Virus record (IMG/VR): IMGVR_UViG_3300042294_005616
Span: 1-57,255 of that record
Length of the DNA stretch: 57,255 nt
Reading direction: 5' to 3' (one strand)
From: a virus
Lineage: Duplodnaviria; Caudoviricetes
Position numbers and translations under genes: made by a program. The notes beneath the pieces are model-generated. The model ran no database searches, was not told the DNA's origin, and saw nothing but the letters and a program-made list of their open reading frames with translations. Below are positions 47,547 through 55,954 of this stretch, one piece after another (position 1 is the first letter of the stretch; the number at the start of each line of letters is the position of its first letter).

Positions 47547-47664
47547 AGTCAGGTGGCGGAATTGGTAGACGCTATGAGTAGAACACAGCCTAGTCCCGAT
47601 TTGCGTGGATACACAGGTTAATCATAAAGTGCGTTCATAACAGGTTCGATTCCTGTCCTGACTA
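47547..47664 (+). tRNA. Non-canonical tRNA-like RNA (Leu-type D-arm, expanded anticodon arm, anticodon undetermined)
   Basis: Acceptor AGTCAGG/CCTGACT, D-arm GGCGGAATTGGTAGACGC, T-arm ACAGG-TTCGATT-CCTGT; about 118 nt. Confidence 0.6.
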
Positions 47665-47668
47665 CAAA

Positions 47669-47766
47669 GGGTGGTATTTAGACGAAAATGGAATTCCTGC
47701 TGTGATGTCGACTCAATCAGCATATCCAGAATGTAGAAATGAATAATCGCAAGTTATTCGCCACCC
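47669..47766 (+). ncRNA. Putative structured RNA
   Basis: Closing stem GGGTGG/CCACCC, inner TGCTG/CAGCA stem, GAATAA-TCGCAAG-TTATTC hairpin. Confidence 0.4.
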
Positions 47767-47779
47767 ATATTTATTAATA

Positions 47780-48006
47780 CCCCACCATGGATAGTATCCA
47801 TGGCCCCTCTGAAGATACTGTTTTCAGAGTCGTAAAAGTACCTCTGACGCATACCATAAGAACTGCGCACCAGCCGAGGTCATTCCGTTATTGGGAAGTT
47901 GGGAGGACTTATAGGTGCAAACGCGTTGCCTTTATAAGCGCCCATATAACCACATAACACCCCCAAGTAAGACTACCTGATCAGTAGAAACTGCTTGGGG
48001 TTTTTT
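47780..48006 (+). ncRNA. Putative multi-hairpin RNA ending in a terminator
   Basis: CCATGGATA-g-TATCCATGG, CTCTGAAGA/TTTTCAGAG, CTTATA/TATAAG, CCCCAAGTA/TGCTTGGGG plus T6; GC-richer than flanks; no long ORF. Confidence 0.4.
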
Positions 48007-48029
48007 AGTAACCAAATAAAATAAAATAT

Positions 48030-48305
48030 ATGTTATTATTTATTACCGGAGCGCTTTGTGTTGGAATGGCTTACACAATGTTTACTACAGCTCGCCTATT
48101 AAGTCGAATTTCTAGTCTAGAAAAAGATGTAAGAGAATTTCATGAATGTGTTAAAGAGATTTCTCGTGACATTAATATGGTAGAACATACCATTATGAAT
48201 AAAATTGACCATGTTGATCAACTTCATACAAAAGTTGAAGAAGAAATCAAACAAGTCATTACAGGTTCAATGAAAAGTTCAAATAAGCGATTGTTAAAAG
48301 GGTAG
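48030..48305 (+). CDS. Membrane-anchored coiled-coil protein
   Basis: N-terminal TM segment then heptads. Confidence 0.55.
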   Translation: MLLFITGALCVGMAYTMFTTARLLSRISSLEKDVREFHECVKEISRDINMVEHTIMNKIDHVDQLHTKVEEEIKQVITGSMKSSNKRLLKG

Positions 48306-48443
48306 GCTTTCGCCTACCTTTTTTGTATATTTATCCTAAAACAGGAAATATGAAAAAAGATGAACTAGCAACCATCATAGCCGTAATAGGTATTTTTATT
48401 ACCATGGGGATAGTTGCATTTATACTAGCTTAAAACAAAACAA

Positions 48444-49160
48444 ATGAAGGTTACGTTAATTTCAGATACACATACAAAACACCTATATTGTGAAAACGAT
48501 CTACCAGGTGGTGACTTGCTTATCCATGCTGGTGATTTTATGAGTTCAGGTTACTCTATACAAGAGGTCTATGAATTTTTCAATTGGTTTGATAGTATAA
48601 ATAATTACGATACAAAAGTATTAATTGCTGGTAACCATGACCGTTTAATGGAAAATGATCCTGAAAAAATGTTAGGGGTGTTAACTGGATATAAAACAAT
48701 TGAATATCTTCAAGATGAAGAAATGGTATTGTATTTTGATGGACCAAATGGAGACTACCCAGAAGAAAATGTTCGCATCTATGGTTCACCTTGGCAACCG
48801 GAATTTTACAATTGGGCATTTAATTTGCCTCGAAACGGAGAAGAATTAAAAGCAAAATGGGATGCAATTCCAGACAACACAGATATTTTAATTACACATG
48901 GTCCTGCTCAAACATATTTAGATACAGCAGGTTACCCACACAACACTCCATTACTTGGATGTGAATTGCTAAAAGAGCGAATTGAATTGATTAAACCAAA
49001 AATCCACGTTTGTGGACATATTCATGGTGGTTATGGATACTATTACAATGGTCATACCCATTTTTTCAACGCTTCAATTTTGAATGAACAATACAATTAT
49101 GCAAACAAACCATTCCATTTTGAATGGGATCAAGTAACAAATGAAATAAATTGGATATGA
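48444..49160 (+). CDS. Calcineurin-like metallophosphoesterase
   Basis: SDTH, HAGD, AGNHD, THGP, GHIH. Confidence 0.9.
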   Translation: MKVTLISDTHTKHLYCENDLPGGDLLIHAGDFMSSGYSIQEVYEFFNWFDSINNYDTKVLIAGNHDRLMENDPEKMLGVLTGYKTIEYLQDEEMVLYFDGPNGDYPEENVRIYGSPWQPEFYNWAFNLPRNGEELKAKWDAIPDNTDILITHGPAQTYLDTAGYPHNTPLLGCELLKERIELIKPKIHVCGHIHGGYGYYYNGHTHFFNASILNEQYNYANKPFHFEWDQVTNEINWI

Positions 49161-49522
49161 TAGGAGGAGTACAACCAAAAGTATTAGTTTCACTGAATGA
49201 AAACGGGGAACTTGAAATGGATGTAAATCAAGCTGAATTGCTAGGTTTAGTTGATAATGAATTTAACTGGAGATTAGTTAGAGAAGGAGATGGCTTAACT
49301 AAAAAATCTAAAGCAATAATTTGGATAGAGTGGAATGAAGATGGTACATTTAATTCAAAACATGATAAACCAGCAGTTGGTCGTTCATTACTTATGTCTC
49401 CATTCAACCATTTCTTTACTTGGCAAACAACAGTAATTACTGAAATCCTTGATTTATCCATTGATCTTTTGTATATTAAATTTAAAACAAAAAATAGCAC
49501 ATATGAATTGTTCAAATTATAG
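49157..49522 (+). CDS. Hypothetical protein
   Basis: Coupled ORF; GRSLL..F.W.TT.ITEI..F.T.NS.Y.L. Confidence 0.55.
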   Translation: MIGGVQPKVLVSLNENGELEMDVNQAELLGLVDNEFNWRLVREGDGLTKKSKAIIWIEWNEDGTFNSKHDKPAVGRSLLMSPFNHFFTWQTTVITEILDLSIDLLYIKFKTKNSTYELFKL

Positions 49523-49784
49523 TAAAGTACTTCATTTATTAGCAGGAATTGCTATTGGTTTTTTATTGTTTGGATGCAAATCAACAAAACCAAGCTGCGA
49601 TGCCTACTCATATGTAGAAGGATACAAATATTGTATTGAAGGTAGAAAAGTAGTTGATGGTGATACAGTTGAAGTAATTGCATTTACAGATAGTTACTCA
49701 ATGGCTTGTGATAGTATTTTCTATTACAATTCAGATTCATCTATTCTTTCACTTTTATCCCCATATTCAGTACATGAGAATTAA
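49503..49784 (+). CDS. Putative lipoprotein
   Basis: Hydrophobic stretch ending in lipobox LFG-C, then KSTK. Confidence 0.55.
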   Translation: MNCSNYSKVLHLLAGIAIGFLLFGCKSTKPSCDAYSYVEGYKYCIEGRKVVDGDTVEVIAFTDSYSMACDSIFYYNSDSSILSLLSPYSVHEN

Positions 49785-50010
49785 TCACGAAAGTAAAGGT
49801 AGACCAGCCGAAAAGAAACTAATCACAGTAGTGGTTTACAAAAAACCAACAGGTAAAAAATACTACCTATTTACTACTGAATCGGAAATTGATGAGGTGT
49901 TGAGTAATTCAAAACGCAAACCACTGATTCCAAACAACTATGAAATAGTTGATATGGGGATTGGAGAAGCATTTATCAAACAGTTTAAAAAACAATACGA
50001 TATAAAATGA
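49774..50010 (+). CDS. Hypothetical protein
   Basis: Coupled ORF, likely start 49774. Confidence 0.5.
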   Translation: MRINHESKGRPAEKKLITVVVYKKPTGKKYYLFTTESEIDEVLSNSKRKPLIPNNYEIVDMGIGEAFIKQFKKQYDIK

Positions 50011-50234
50011 GTTTCTATAAACACAACGACAAGTACTATATCATTCATAGGCAGGTCCGAATAGATCACCTTACAGATAAAGAAGGCAAAGTTAACTTAG
50101 ACTTGGTTAAGGATGGAAGAGATAATATATTTAAAGTAGACCATGTATTACGAAATGAAACACATTTTTTATTCGCTGAAACAATCCAGGATGCTGAAAT
50201 CATTGAAGAGGTGGTGGAAGAAACACATAGCTGA
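50007..50234 (+). CDS. Hypothetical protein
   Basis: ATGA-type overlap with the upstream gene. Confidence 0.5.
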   Translation: MSFYKHNDKYYIIHRQVRIDHLTDKEGKVNLDLVKDGRDNIFKVDHVLRNETHFLFAETIQDAEIIEEVVEETHS

Positions 50235-50271
50235 TGATTGCCCTGAACATTTAAACGATATATTTTAAGTT

Positions 50272-50811
50272 ATGTTAGAAAAAATTAAGTTATGGTGGAA
50301 ATTTGAAGGTAGATACTACCACAGAGATTTCATTATTGGAATAAAAAATTTATGGAATTGGTTCCCTGTTATTTGGAAAGATAGAGATTGGGACGATTCA
50401 TTTATCTATGAAGTGCTAATTCATAAATTGGAAAAACAAGCCAAATATATTGGAGAAAGAGATTTCCATACTAGAGCAAAACGCGATGCTGAATTAATGT
50501 TGTTATGTGCTCGTTTAGCTCGTATTCAACAACAGGAATTGTATTCAATGGAATACACGGATTATTTAGACCAGGATTTTGAATTTGTTCCAACTGATGA
50601 AACAGAAAAATGGTTTACAATGGAATCTACTGTTACACGAGATGACTTAATTGACTATTTCTACAAATATAGACGTCAACATAGATTACTTGACAAAACA
50701 GATAAAGACAATCATCACATTGCAATGGAAATCGCTCTCAACAACCAAGAACGTTCTCGTAAATTGTTATTTAAGATAATGGAAGAGAATATTAGTGGAT
50801 GGTGGGATTAA
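50272..50811 (+). CDS. Hypothetical phage protein
   Basis: G.KN...W.P.IW.DR.WD and terminal WWD pattern. Confidence 0.6.
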   Translation: MLEKIKLWWKFEGRYYHRDFIIGIKNLWNWFPVIWKDRDWDDSFIYEVLIHKLEKQAKYIGERDFHTRAKRDAELMLLCARLARIQQQELYSMEYTDYLDQDFEFVPTDETEKWFTMESTVTRDDLIDYFYKYRRQHRLLDKTDKDNHHIAMEIALNNQERSRKLLFKIMEENISGWWD

Positions 50812-50821
50812 AACAAAACAT

Positions 50822-51079
50822 ATGATATCACCACAATCAATCAGAAAAGGAATCATCATCAAATTTGATGGTGTAGAAGTAGACAAAAAAACAGTCATCG
50901 ATGCTAGTGAAGGATGGAGTCCAAATCATGAAATTCTATTCAAAAAACTACTTAAACAAGGTGGCCAATTCAAAATCAATGGAGTATTAGTTTCAGTTAC
51001 ACCTGAAGAAAAAACATTTAACTCGAGAGGCGAAACCGATGGGGGCGCTCCAAAAGTAGATCCATTAGCAAGATTTTAA
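50822..51079 (+). CDS. Hypothetical protein
   Basis: Intact ORF, likely start 50822. Confidence 0.5.
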   Translation: MISPQSIRKGIIIKFDGVEVDKKTVIDASEGWSPNHEILFKKLLKQGGQFKINGVLVSVTPEEKTFNSRGETDGGAPKVDPLARF

Positions 51080-51088
51080 TTAAGGAAG

Positions 51089-51109
51089 AGGGGGCGTAAG
51101 CCCCCTTTT
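51089..51109 (+). terminator. Rho-independent terminator
   Basis: AGGGGGC-gtaa-GCCCCCT then T-tract and TATATTTATA. Confidence 0.65.
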
Positions 51110-51132
51110 GTATATTTATACAAATTTAAGAA

Positions 51133-51342
51133 ATGAAGGTTTTATTAGATAGAAAAAATAGAGTAGCCCCAACACGACAATTCATCTTGTTAAACGAGTA
51201 TTGTCAGGTATATTGTGGATTGCAAGGTGGCTACCCAGCATTCAGTGATAATATTGATGAAGGAAAATGGCTTGAAAATGATGAACAAGTAAAAATGATT
51301 CAACAAGGGACTTCATTTAAGTTAGAAAAAGAATTTATCTAA
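51133..51342 (+). CDS. Hypothetical protein
   Basis: Intact ORF after a late-type motif. Confidence 0.5.
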   Translation: MKVLLDRKNRVAPTRQFILLNEYCQVYCGLQGGYPAFSDNIDEGKWLENDEQVKMIQQGTSFKLEKEFI

Positions 51343-51402
51343 GGACAAAGAGATTAAAAAGAAATTTCGTATATTGATTGTATAAAAAGAAAAGAAAAAG
51401 TT

Positions 51403-52221
51403 ATGAATATTACAAAAAGACAAACAACAGGAAAACGAGGACGACCAGCTAAAGTACAAAATTTAACTCCGGTTCCATCCATTATTGATTTCTCCCAAAT
51501 CACTAAACTAAACAAATTAGACATTGACAAGCGAATGCTCGAATCAATGACAACTGGAGTACCAGTAGTGGATGAATTATTTTCACATGAAGGTGGTGTC
51601 CCATGTTCAACAAATATTATGGCAATTGGTGATCCAGGTGTAGGTAAAACTACAGTAATGCTAGATGTTTTAGCATCTGTTCAAAACAAAGGACGTAAAT
51701 GTCTATTTGTTTCAGGTGAAATGGGTCGCAAACAAATGTTCAAATATACTGAGCGATTCAAGCAATTTGGAATTGTAGATACTTTGTTTACATCCGACTA
51801 CATGCAATACAATACAAAAGATGTTGTTGAGCAAGCATTTGATCTTGGATATGACTTGGTTTTGATTGATTCAATTGCTGAAATCATTGAAGGTGCTCGT
51901 GATGACAATGGTTGGGATCGTAAAACAGCTGAATCATGGTTGGTAGAGGTTTGTGTTCGAAACAATAAAGGCGAAAACAAACAAAACAAATTTACTTCAT
52001 TCCTATTGATCCAGCAAGTAACTAAATCAGGCGAGTTTGTAGGTTCAAATAAGCTGAAGCATATGACTGACGCCATGCTAGAAATGCGACGTGAATCAGA
52101 ACGTGATGGTGGAGGTTGCTTCATGATGTTCAACAAAAACAGAAACGGAAACGTAAACAAGAAATTGTCGTTTGCACTTTCAAACAACAAAATCGATTAC
52201 GGAATTTTAGTAGATGCTTAA
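51403..52221 (+). CDS. RecA-fold ATPase (RadA/Sms-like) with an N-terminal AT-hook
   Basis: GDPGVGKTT, VSGE, LIDSI, QVTK.G.F.G...LKH..D, KNR.G; KRGRP. Confidence 0.82.
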   Translation: MNITKRQTTGKRGRPAKVQNLTPVPSIIDFSQITKLNKLDIDKRMLESMTTGVPVVDELFSHEGGVPCSTNIMAIGDPGVGKTTVMLDVLASVQNKGRKCLFVSGEMGRKQMFKYTERFKQFGIVDTLFTSDYMQYNTKDVVEQAFDLGYDLVLIDSIAEIIEGARDDNGWDRKTAESWLVEVCVRNNKGENKQNKFTSFLLIQQVTKSGEFVGSNKLKHMTDAMLEMRRESERDGGGCFMMFNKNRNGNVNKKLSFALSNNKIDYGILVDA

Positions 52222-52254
52222 TTTTCGTATATTGAATGTATAAAAAGAGAAAAA

Positions 52255-52509
52255 ATGGAAGAATTTGAAGATGAATTACCAGATGAAGCATATGAGTTAC
52301 TAGCAAAAGTACTCCCACTTCACCCAGCAATTGCAAATAGTGGTTTAGATGGAAAAAACAAATGTTATTTACAATATGCTTTAGAAGAAGAATTTGACAA
52401 TGATATTGAAAAATTATTAGAGGATATTCAAAAGTTTGCTGTTGAAGCAGAAGAATATGAAATAGCAGCAATTATTAGAGACGCATTAAACAAAGAAACA
52501 AATGGCTAA
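52255..52509 (+). CDS. Acidic protein with a UVR (UvrB/UvrC) motif
   Basis: AVEAEEYEIAAIIRD. Confidence 0.6.
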   Translation: MEEFEDELPDEAYELLAKVLPLHPAIANSGLDGKNKCYLQYALEEEFDNDIEKLLEDIQKFAVEAEEYEIAAIIRDALNKETNG

Positions 52510-52846
52510 GAAAGAAAAACACACAATTGAAGTAAAATTTTTGGATTTGAAAACACGTTTCAAATCAGGTGAAATGAGTATTGAAGAAGTTGATCAAGTT
52601 ACTTGTGAATTGATTGCTGAATTAGCCGTTTTGACTACAAAAGGTTATACTGAAATCAATGGAACATCAATCGACTTATACAAAGATAGAGTTTGGTGGA
52701 TTGTAGAGAAAGCAGGACTACTCCCAGAATATAGAGACGATGAAGACTTTGTTGATGAGGAAATGGATGATGAAGAAGATGATTACTACAACGATGATGA
52801 GTACGAATACTCCATTGAAATAGATGATAGTAAATTTTATAGATAA
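52502..52846 (+). CDS. Hypothetical protein with a very acidic tail
   Basis: DDEDFVDEEMDDEEDDYYNDDEYEY. Confidence 0.55.
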   Translation: MAKKEKHTIEVKFLDLKTRFKSGEMSIEEVDQVTCELIAELAVLTTKGYTEINGTSIDLYKDRVWWIVEKAGLLPEYRDDEDFVDEEMDDEEDDYYNDDEYEYSIEIDDSKFYR

Positions 52847-52848
52847 AT

Positions 52849-52877
52849 TTGGAGATCTGAAAAAGATTTCGTATGTT
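52849..52877 (+). promoter_or_regulatory. Early promoter TTG-N20-TATGTT
   Basis: TTG at 52849, TTCGTATGTT at 52868. Confidence 0.6.
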
Positions 52878-52919
52878 GAGGTATAAGAAAAGAAAGAAAT
52901 AAATTAAAAAAAGAAAGTT

Positions 52920-53729
52920 ATGTTAGATTTAAGCACAAATGAGTTTTTGACGTTAGATGAAGTAAAACAACGCGCTAGCTCAATTTTTAGTAAAACAGCC
53001 GCTCCAACGGTTTCAGACAAGTTTACACACATCCCAACATTCAAAGTAATTGAAGACATGGAACAATTAGGTTGGAGTGTAGTTGATGCCAAACAAGTAA
53101 AGGCACGTACAGAAGGAACTAAAGGTTTCCAAAAACACCTAGTAGTGTTCCGTAACCCAGATGTAGTAATCAATGGTGCTGACGGTGATACAGTATTTCC
53201 ACAAATCCTATTGACCAATTCAAACGATGGTAAAAACGCATTTACATTTACTGCAGGTTTATTCCGAATGGTATGTGAGAATGGTTTAGTTATTTCAACC
53301 GAGCAATTCAACGATGTGAAAATGCGTCACATGGGTTACACATTTGAGGAATTGCAATCGCAAATTCGTGAAATGGTTGAGCAATTGCCTTTGACAGTTG
53401 AGTCAATGAACAAAATGAAACAAATCCAATTGAACGAAGAACAAGCAAAAGCATTAGCTAAAAAAGCATTGACAACTCGATTCACTGAAGAGCAAGTCAA
53501 AGATGTACAAGTTGATTTAGATGAATTGCTCAAACCAACTCGTGCTGAAGATAAAGGTACTGATTTATGGACTGTCTTCAATGTGATTCAAGAAAAAATA
53601 TTAAACGGTGATTTCAATTACATTTCAGGTGTGAAACAACGTAAAGCACGTAAAGTGAAGAATTTCAAACAAGATATGGAAATCAACCAAAAATTATTTG
53701 CAATGGCAGCTGAATTCGTAGCTGCCTAA
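52920..53729 (+). CDS. DUF932/DUF945-like phage-plasmid protein
   Basis: S.KF.HIPT, KH.V.FR, NS.DG, G.FR.VC.NGL, H.G, LW..FN..QE. Confidence 0.8.
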   Translation: MLDLSTNEFLTLDEVKQRASSIFSKTAAPTVSDKFTHIPTFKVIEDMEQLGWSVVDAKQVKARTEGTKGFQKHLVVFRNPDVVINGADGDTVFPQILLTNSNDGKNAFTFTAGLFRMVCENGLVISTEQFNDVKMRHMGYTFEELQSQIREMVEQLPLTVESMNKMKQIQLNEEQAKALAKKALTTRFTEEQVKDVQVDLDELLKPTRAEDKGTDLWTVFNVIQEKILNGDFNYISGVKQRKARKVKNFKQDMEINQKLFAMAAEFVAA

Positions 53730-53818
53730 GCATAAAAAAAGTGGATGACCATGAAGTGAAACCAAACAAACTAAAAGCGCCCTCAGTGGTACATGGATCA
53801 GGCGCTTTATCCACTTAT

Positions 53819-53899
53819 AGTCAGGTATTGCGTAATGTGAAAGCGGCTATCACATCCTATAAGGTTGCAATGTCGCAGGTTCGAATCCTGTCCTGACTA
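53819..53899 (+). ncRNA. tRNA-like RNA lacking canonical D and anticodon arms
   Basis: Same acceptor AGTCAGG/CCTGACT as 47547; T-arm GCAGG-TTCGAAT-CCTGT; interior TATTGC/GCAATG enclosing ATGTGA/TCACAT. Confidence 0.6.
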
Positions 53900-53929
53900 C
53901 GCTGCTTCATAACCAGTTTTCTTTTTTAC

Positions 53930-53959
53930 CCTGCCTCGCTTATGCGGGGCAGGTTTTTT
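53930..53959 (+). terminator. Rho-independent terminator
   Basis: CCTGCCTCGC-ttat-GCGGGGCAGG plus T6. Confidence 0.7.
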
Positions 53960-54018
53960 GAACAAAGGAATGGTTTTAGCAAAAGAGATTTCGTATATTA
54001 ATTGTATAAAAAAAAGAA

Positions 54019-54423
54019 ATGAACATTCAAAATTTGAATCCACAAGAACTAGAGCAATTACAGACATTGCTCAATAAAATGAACCCTCAACCAATTGAAA
54101 TCGATCCAGTTGAGAAAATGATTGAGGGTATCATAGATAATTTTGACTTTAATCAAGTTCAACATGCAATGGATTTGTTGGATTGGAAATGGCGTGGTGA
54201 ATATGTTACAGTTGATATGCTTAAAGAAACCGCTAAACAATTACTTCGTGGCGCAATGAAATCTCGTTTGGGTGAATTTAAAAATGAACATTATGAAATG
54301 GGAATCGTTAATGGTACAGGTGGATTTGAAGCTAAAGCATGGTGTGACGAAACCAAAACAAAAATTGTAGCACTTGATCTCAAATTCATATTGGAAAGTT
54401 GGGACGAATCAATTGAAGAATGA
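54019..54423 (+). CDS. Hypothetical protein
   Basis: After TTCGTATATT at 53990; FDF..V...M..L.W.W, TGGF.A. Confidence 0.6.
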   Translation: MNIQNLNPQELEQLQTLLNKMNPQPIEIDPVEKMIEGIIDNFDFNQVQHAMDLLDWKWRGEYVTVDMLKETAKQLLRGAMKSRLGEFKNEHYEMGIVNGTGGFEAKAWCDETKTKIVALDLKFILESWDESIEE

Positions 54424-54698
54424 AAAAAAGAAAGTTATTACCTGTAGTTGAAGCATTTGGTCGTAACAGAATTACTCCACGTTACGACCAGGACTATAAC
54501 ATGAAAAAAATGGTTGGACGTACACTACGTTGTAATATGTTTCCAACTTTTCTAGGTAGGTTACTTTATACACATGATGAACGTTGCTACTTTGTAATGG
54601 TGGAAAACCCAACATTTACCAAATACAATCATTGTGCTGGACAAGTAGAGTATCTAAATGAATATACCGTGATGACAATGAAATTTGAGGAGGAATAG
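54420..54698 (+). CDS. Hypothetical protein
   Basis: ATGA overlap with the upstream gene. Confidence 0.5.
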   Translation: MKKRKLLPVVEAFGRNRITPRYDQDYNMKKMVGRTLRCNMFPTFLGRLLYTHDERCYFVMVENPTFTKYNHCAGQVEYLNEYTVMTMKFEEE

Positions 54699-54741
54699 TG
54701 ATCATCAAATAAATTTCGTATATTCCAATAAATTAAAGAAA

Positions 54742-55248
54742 ATGAGTATTGTTCGATTTATAGCAGATTTACACTTATCACACCAAAACATGGCTAAGCG
54801 ACGTGGTTTCTCAACTGTAGAGGAACACGACGAGCACATCATTGCTAAATGGAATAGTGTTGTAAACAAACGAGACGTTACCTATATTTTAGGTGATGTG
54901 ACTATGGAGAAATCAGCTCCATACCATTTACTTGATCGTCTAAATGGTATAAAACATATTGTGTTAGGAAACCACGATCGCCGTCAAGACACTAAAAAAC
55001 TATTTCAATACGCTGAAAGTGTAGGTGGTATGATCAACTATAAAGGTGTTTTCCTTACTCACTGCCCAATTCACTCAGATGAACTTGAGTATGGTATCGT
55101 AAAAAACATTCACGGACACATCCATGATAAAGTAGTGATGAAGATGCTTGATGGATGGGAAGTACCAGATGAACGTTATTTTTGTGTTTCGTGTGAGCAA
55201 GTAGATTATTTACCTAAATCACTTGAGGACTTAGGTATTGAAAGATAA
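54742..55248 (+). CDS. Calcineurin-like metallophosphoesterase (phage type)
   Basis: ADLH..H, LGD, GNHD, THCP, HGHIH; likely start 54742. Confidence 0.87.
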   Translation: MSIVRFIADLHLSHQNMAKRRGFSTVEEHDEHIIAKWNSVVNKRDVTYILGDVTMEKSAPYHLLDRLNGIKHIVLGNHDRRQDTKKLFQYAESVGGMINYKGVFLTHCPIHSDELEYGIVKNIHGHIHDKVVMKMLDGWEVPDERYFCVSCEQVDYLPKSLEDLGIER

Positions 55249-55273
55249 ATTCGTATATTAAAGTATAAATAAG

Positions 55274-55542
55274 GGTTATGAAAGAAAAAGCATTTAAAAC
55301 AAAAGTAAGTTTAGTAATTCAAAGTCACTTAAGTGATGCAATAATAAAATCTAATCATCTAACATTGATAGAAGAAGCTCAAGAACATTTATATTTTGTG
55401 AAGTATTTAGTTACTAATTTTCCAAATACTAATAAAAAAATAGATGTTGATGTACTTTATGATCAATGGAAGACATGTTACCTTTCTATACCTACTAAAA
55501 CTAATATTTAAAGAAAAAAAGGTTATGAAAGAAAAAGCATTT
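55274..55542 (+). repeat. 22-nt direct repeat GGTTATGAAAGAAAAAGCATTT (55274 and 55521) spanning two gene starts
   Basis: Identical sequence; both proteins begin MKEKAF. Confidence 0.75.
55278..55511 (+). CDS. Hypothetical protein
   Basis: After TTCGTATATT at 55250. Confidence 0.55.
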   Translation: MKEKAFKTKVSLVIQSHLSDAIIKSNHLTLIEEAQEHLYFVKYLVTNFPNTNKKIDVDVLYDQWKTCYLSIPTKTNI

Positions 55543-55809
55543 GAAACACACGTAGATAAAGAATATGGTAGGGATGGATTCCAAATGACATTCGCCAATG
55601 GTTGTACCATTAGTGTTATATTTGGAAAACACACTTACAGCGATAACGGAGAAACAACAGCTGAAGTTGCTGCTTGGCACTCAAATGGAAATTGGATGTA
55701 TCATCAAGAAGGTGATTGGATTGAAATTCGAAACAGTTCAGATGTAATGCCTCGCAGAACAGCAGATGAAGTTGCAAAATTAATTTATTCACTCAGTCAA
55801 TACAAATAG
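55525..55809 (+). CDS. Hypothetical protein
   Basis: GF.MTF.NG.TISV.FG...Y, AEVA; likely start 55525. Confidence 0.6.
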   Translation: MKEKAFETHVDKEYGRDGFQMTFANGCTISVIFGKHTYSDNGETTAEVAAWHSNGNWMYHQEGDWIEIRNSSDVMPRRTADEVAKLIYSLSQYK

Positions 55810-55954
55810 ATATGTTTTACGTTATATTAGGAATAACTGGATTAACAGTATGTGTAGTTTTATTTGTAGCATCAGTTGCTGAAATAGTTTCTTCAATGAA
55901 GGAATAGAAGATATAAGAGATATTTCGTATATTGAGGATATAAAAAAGAAAGTT

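Noticed and set aside
47478-48000. Hammerhead ribozyme (CTGATG..GAA at 47482; CTGATCA..GAAA at 47977) or tmRNA
   Set aside because: The CUGANGA core and stem arrangement are incomplete; no tmRNA 5'/3' ends or tag frame could be identified by eye
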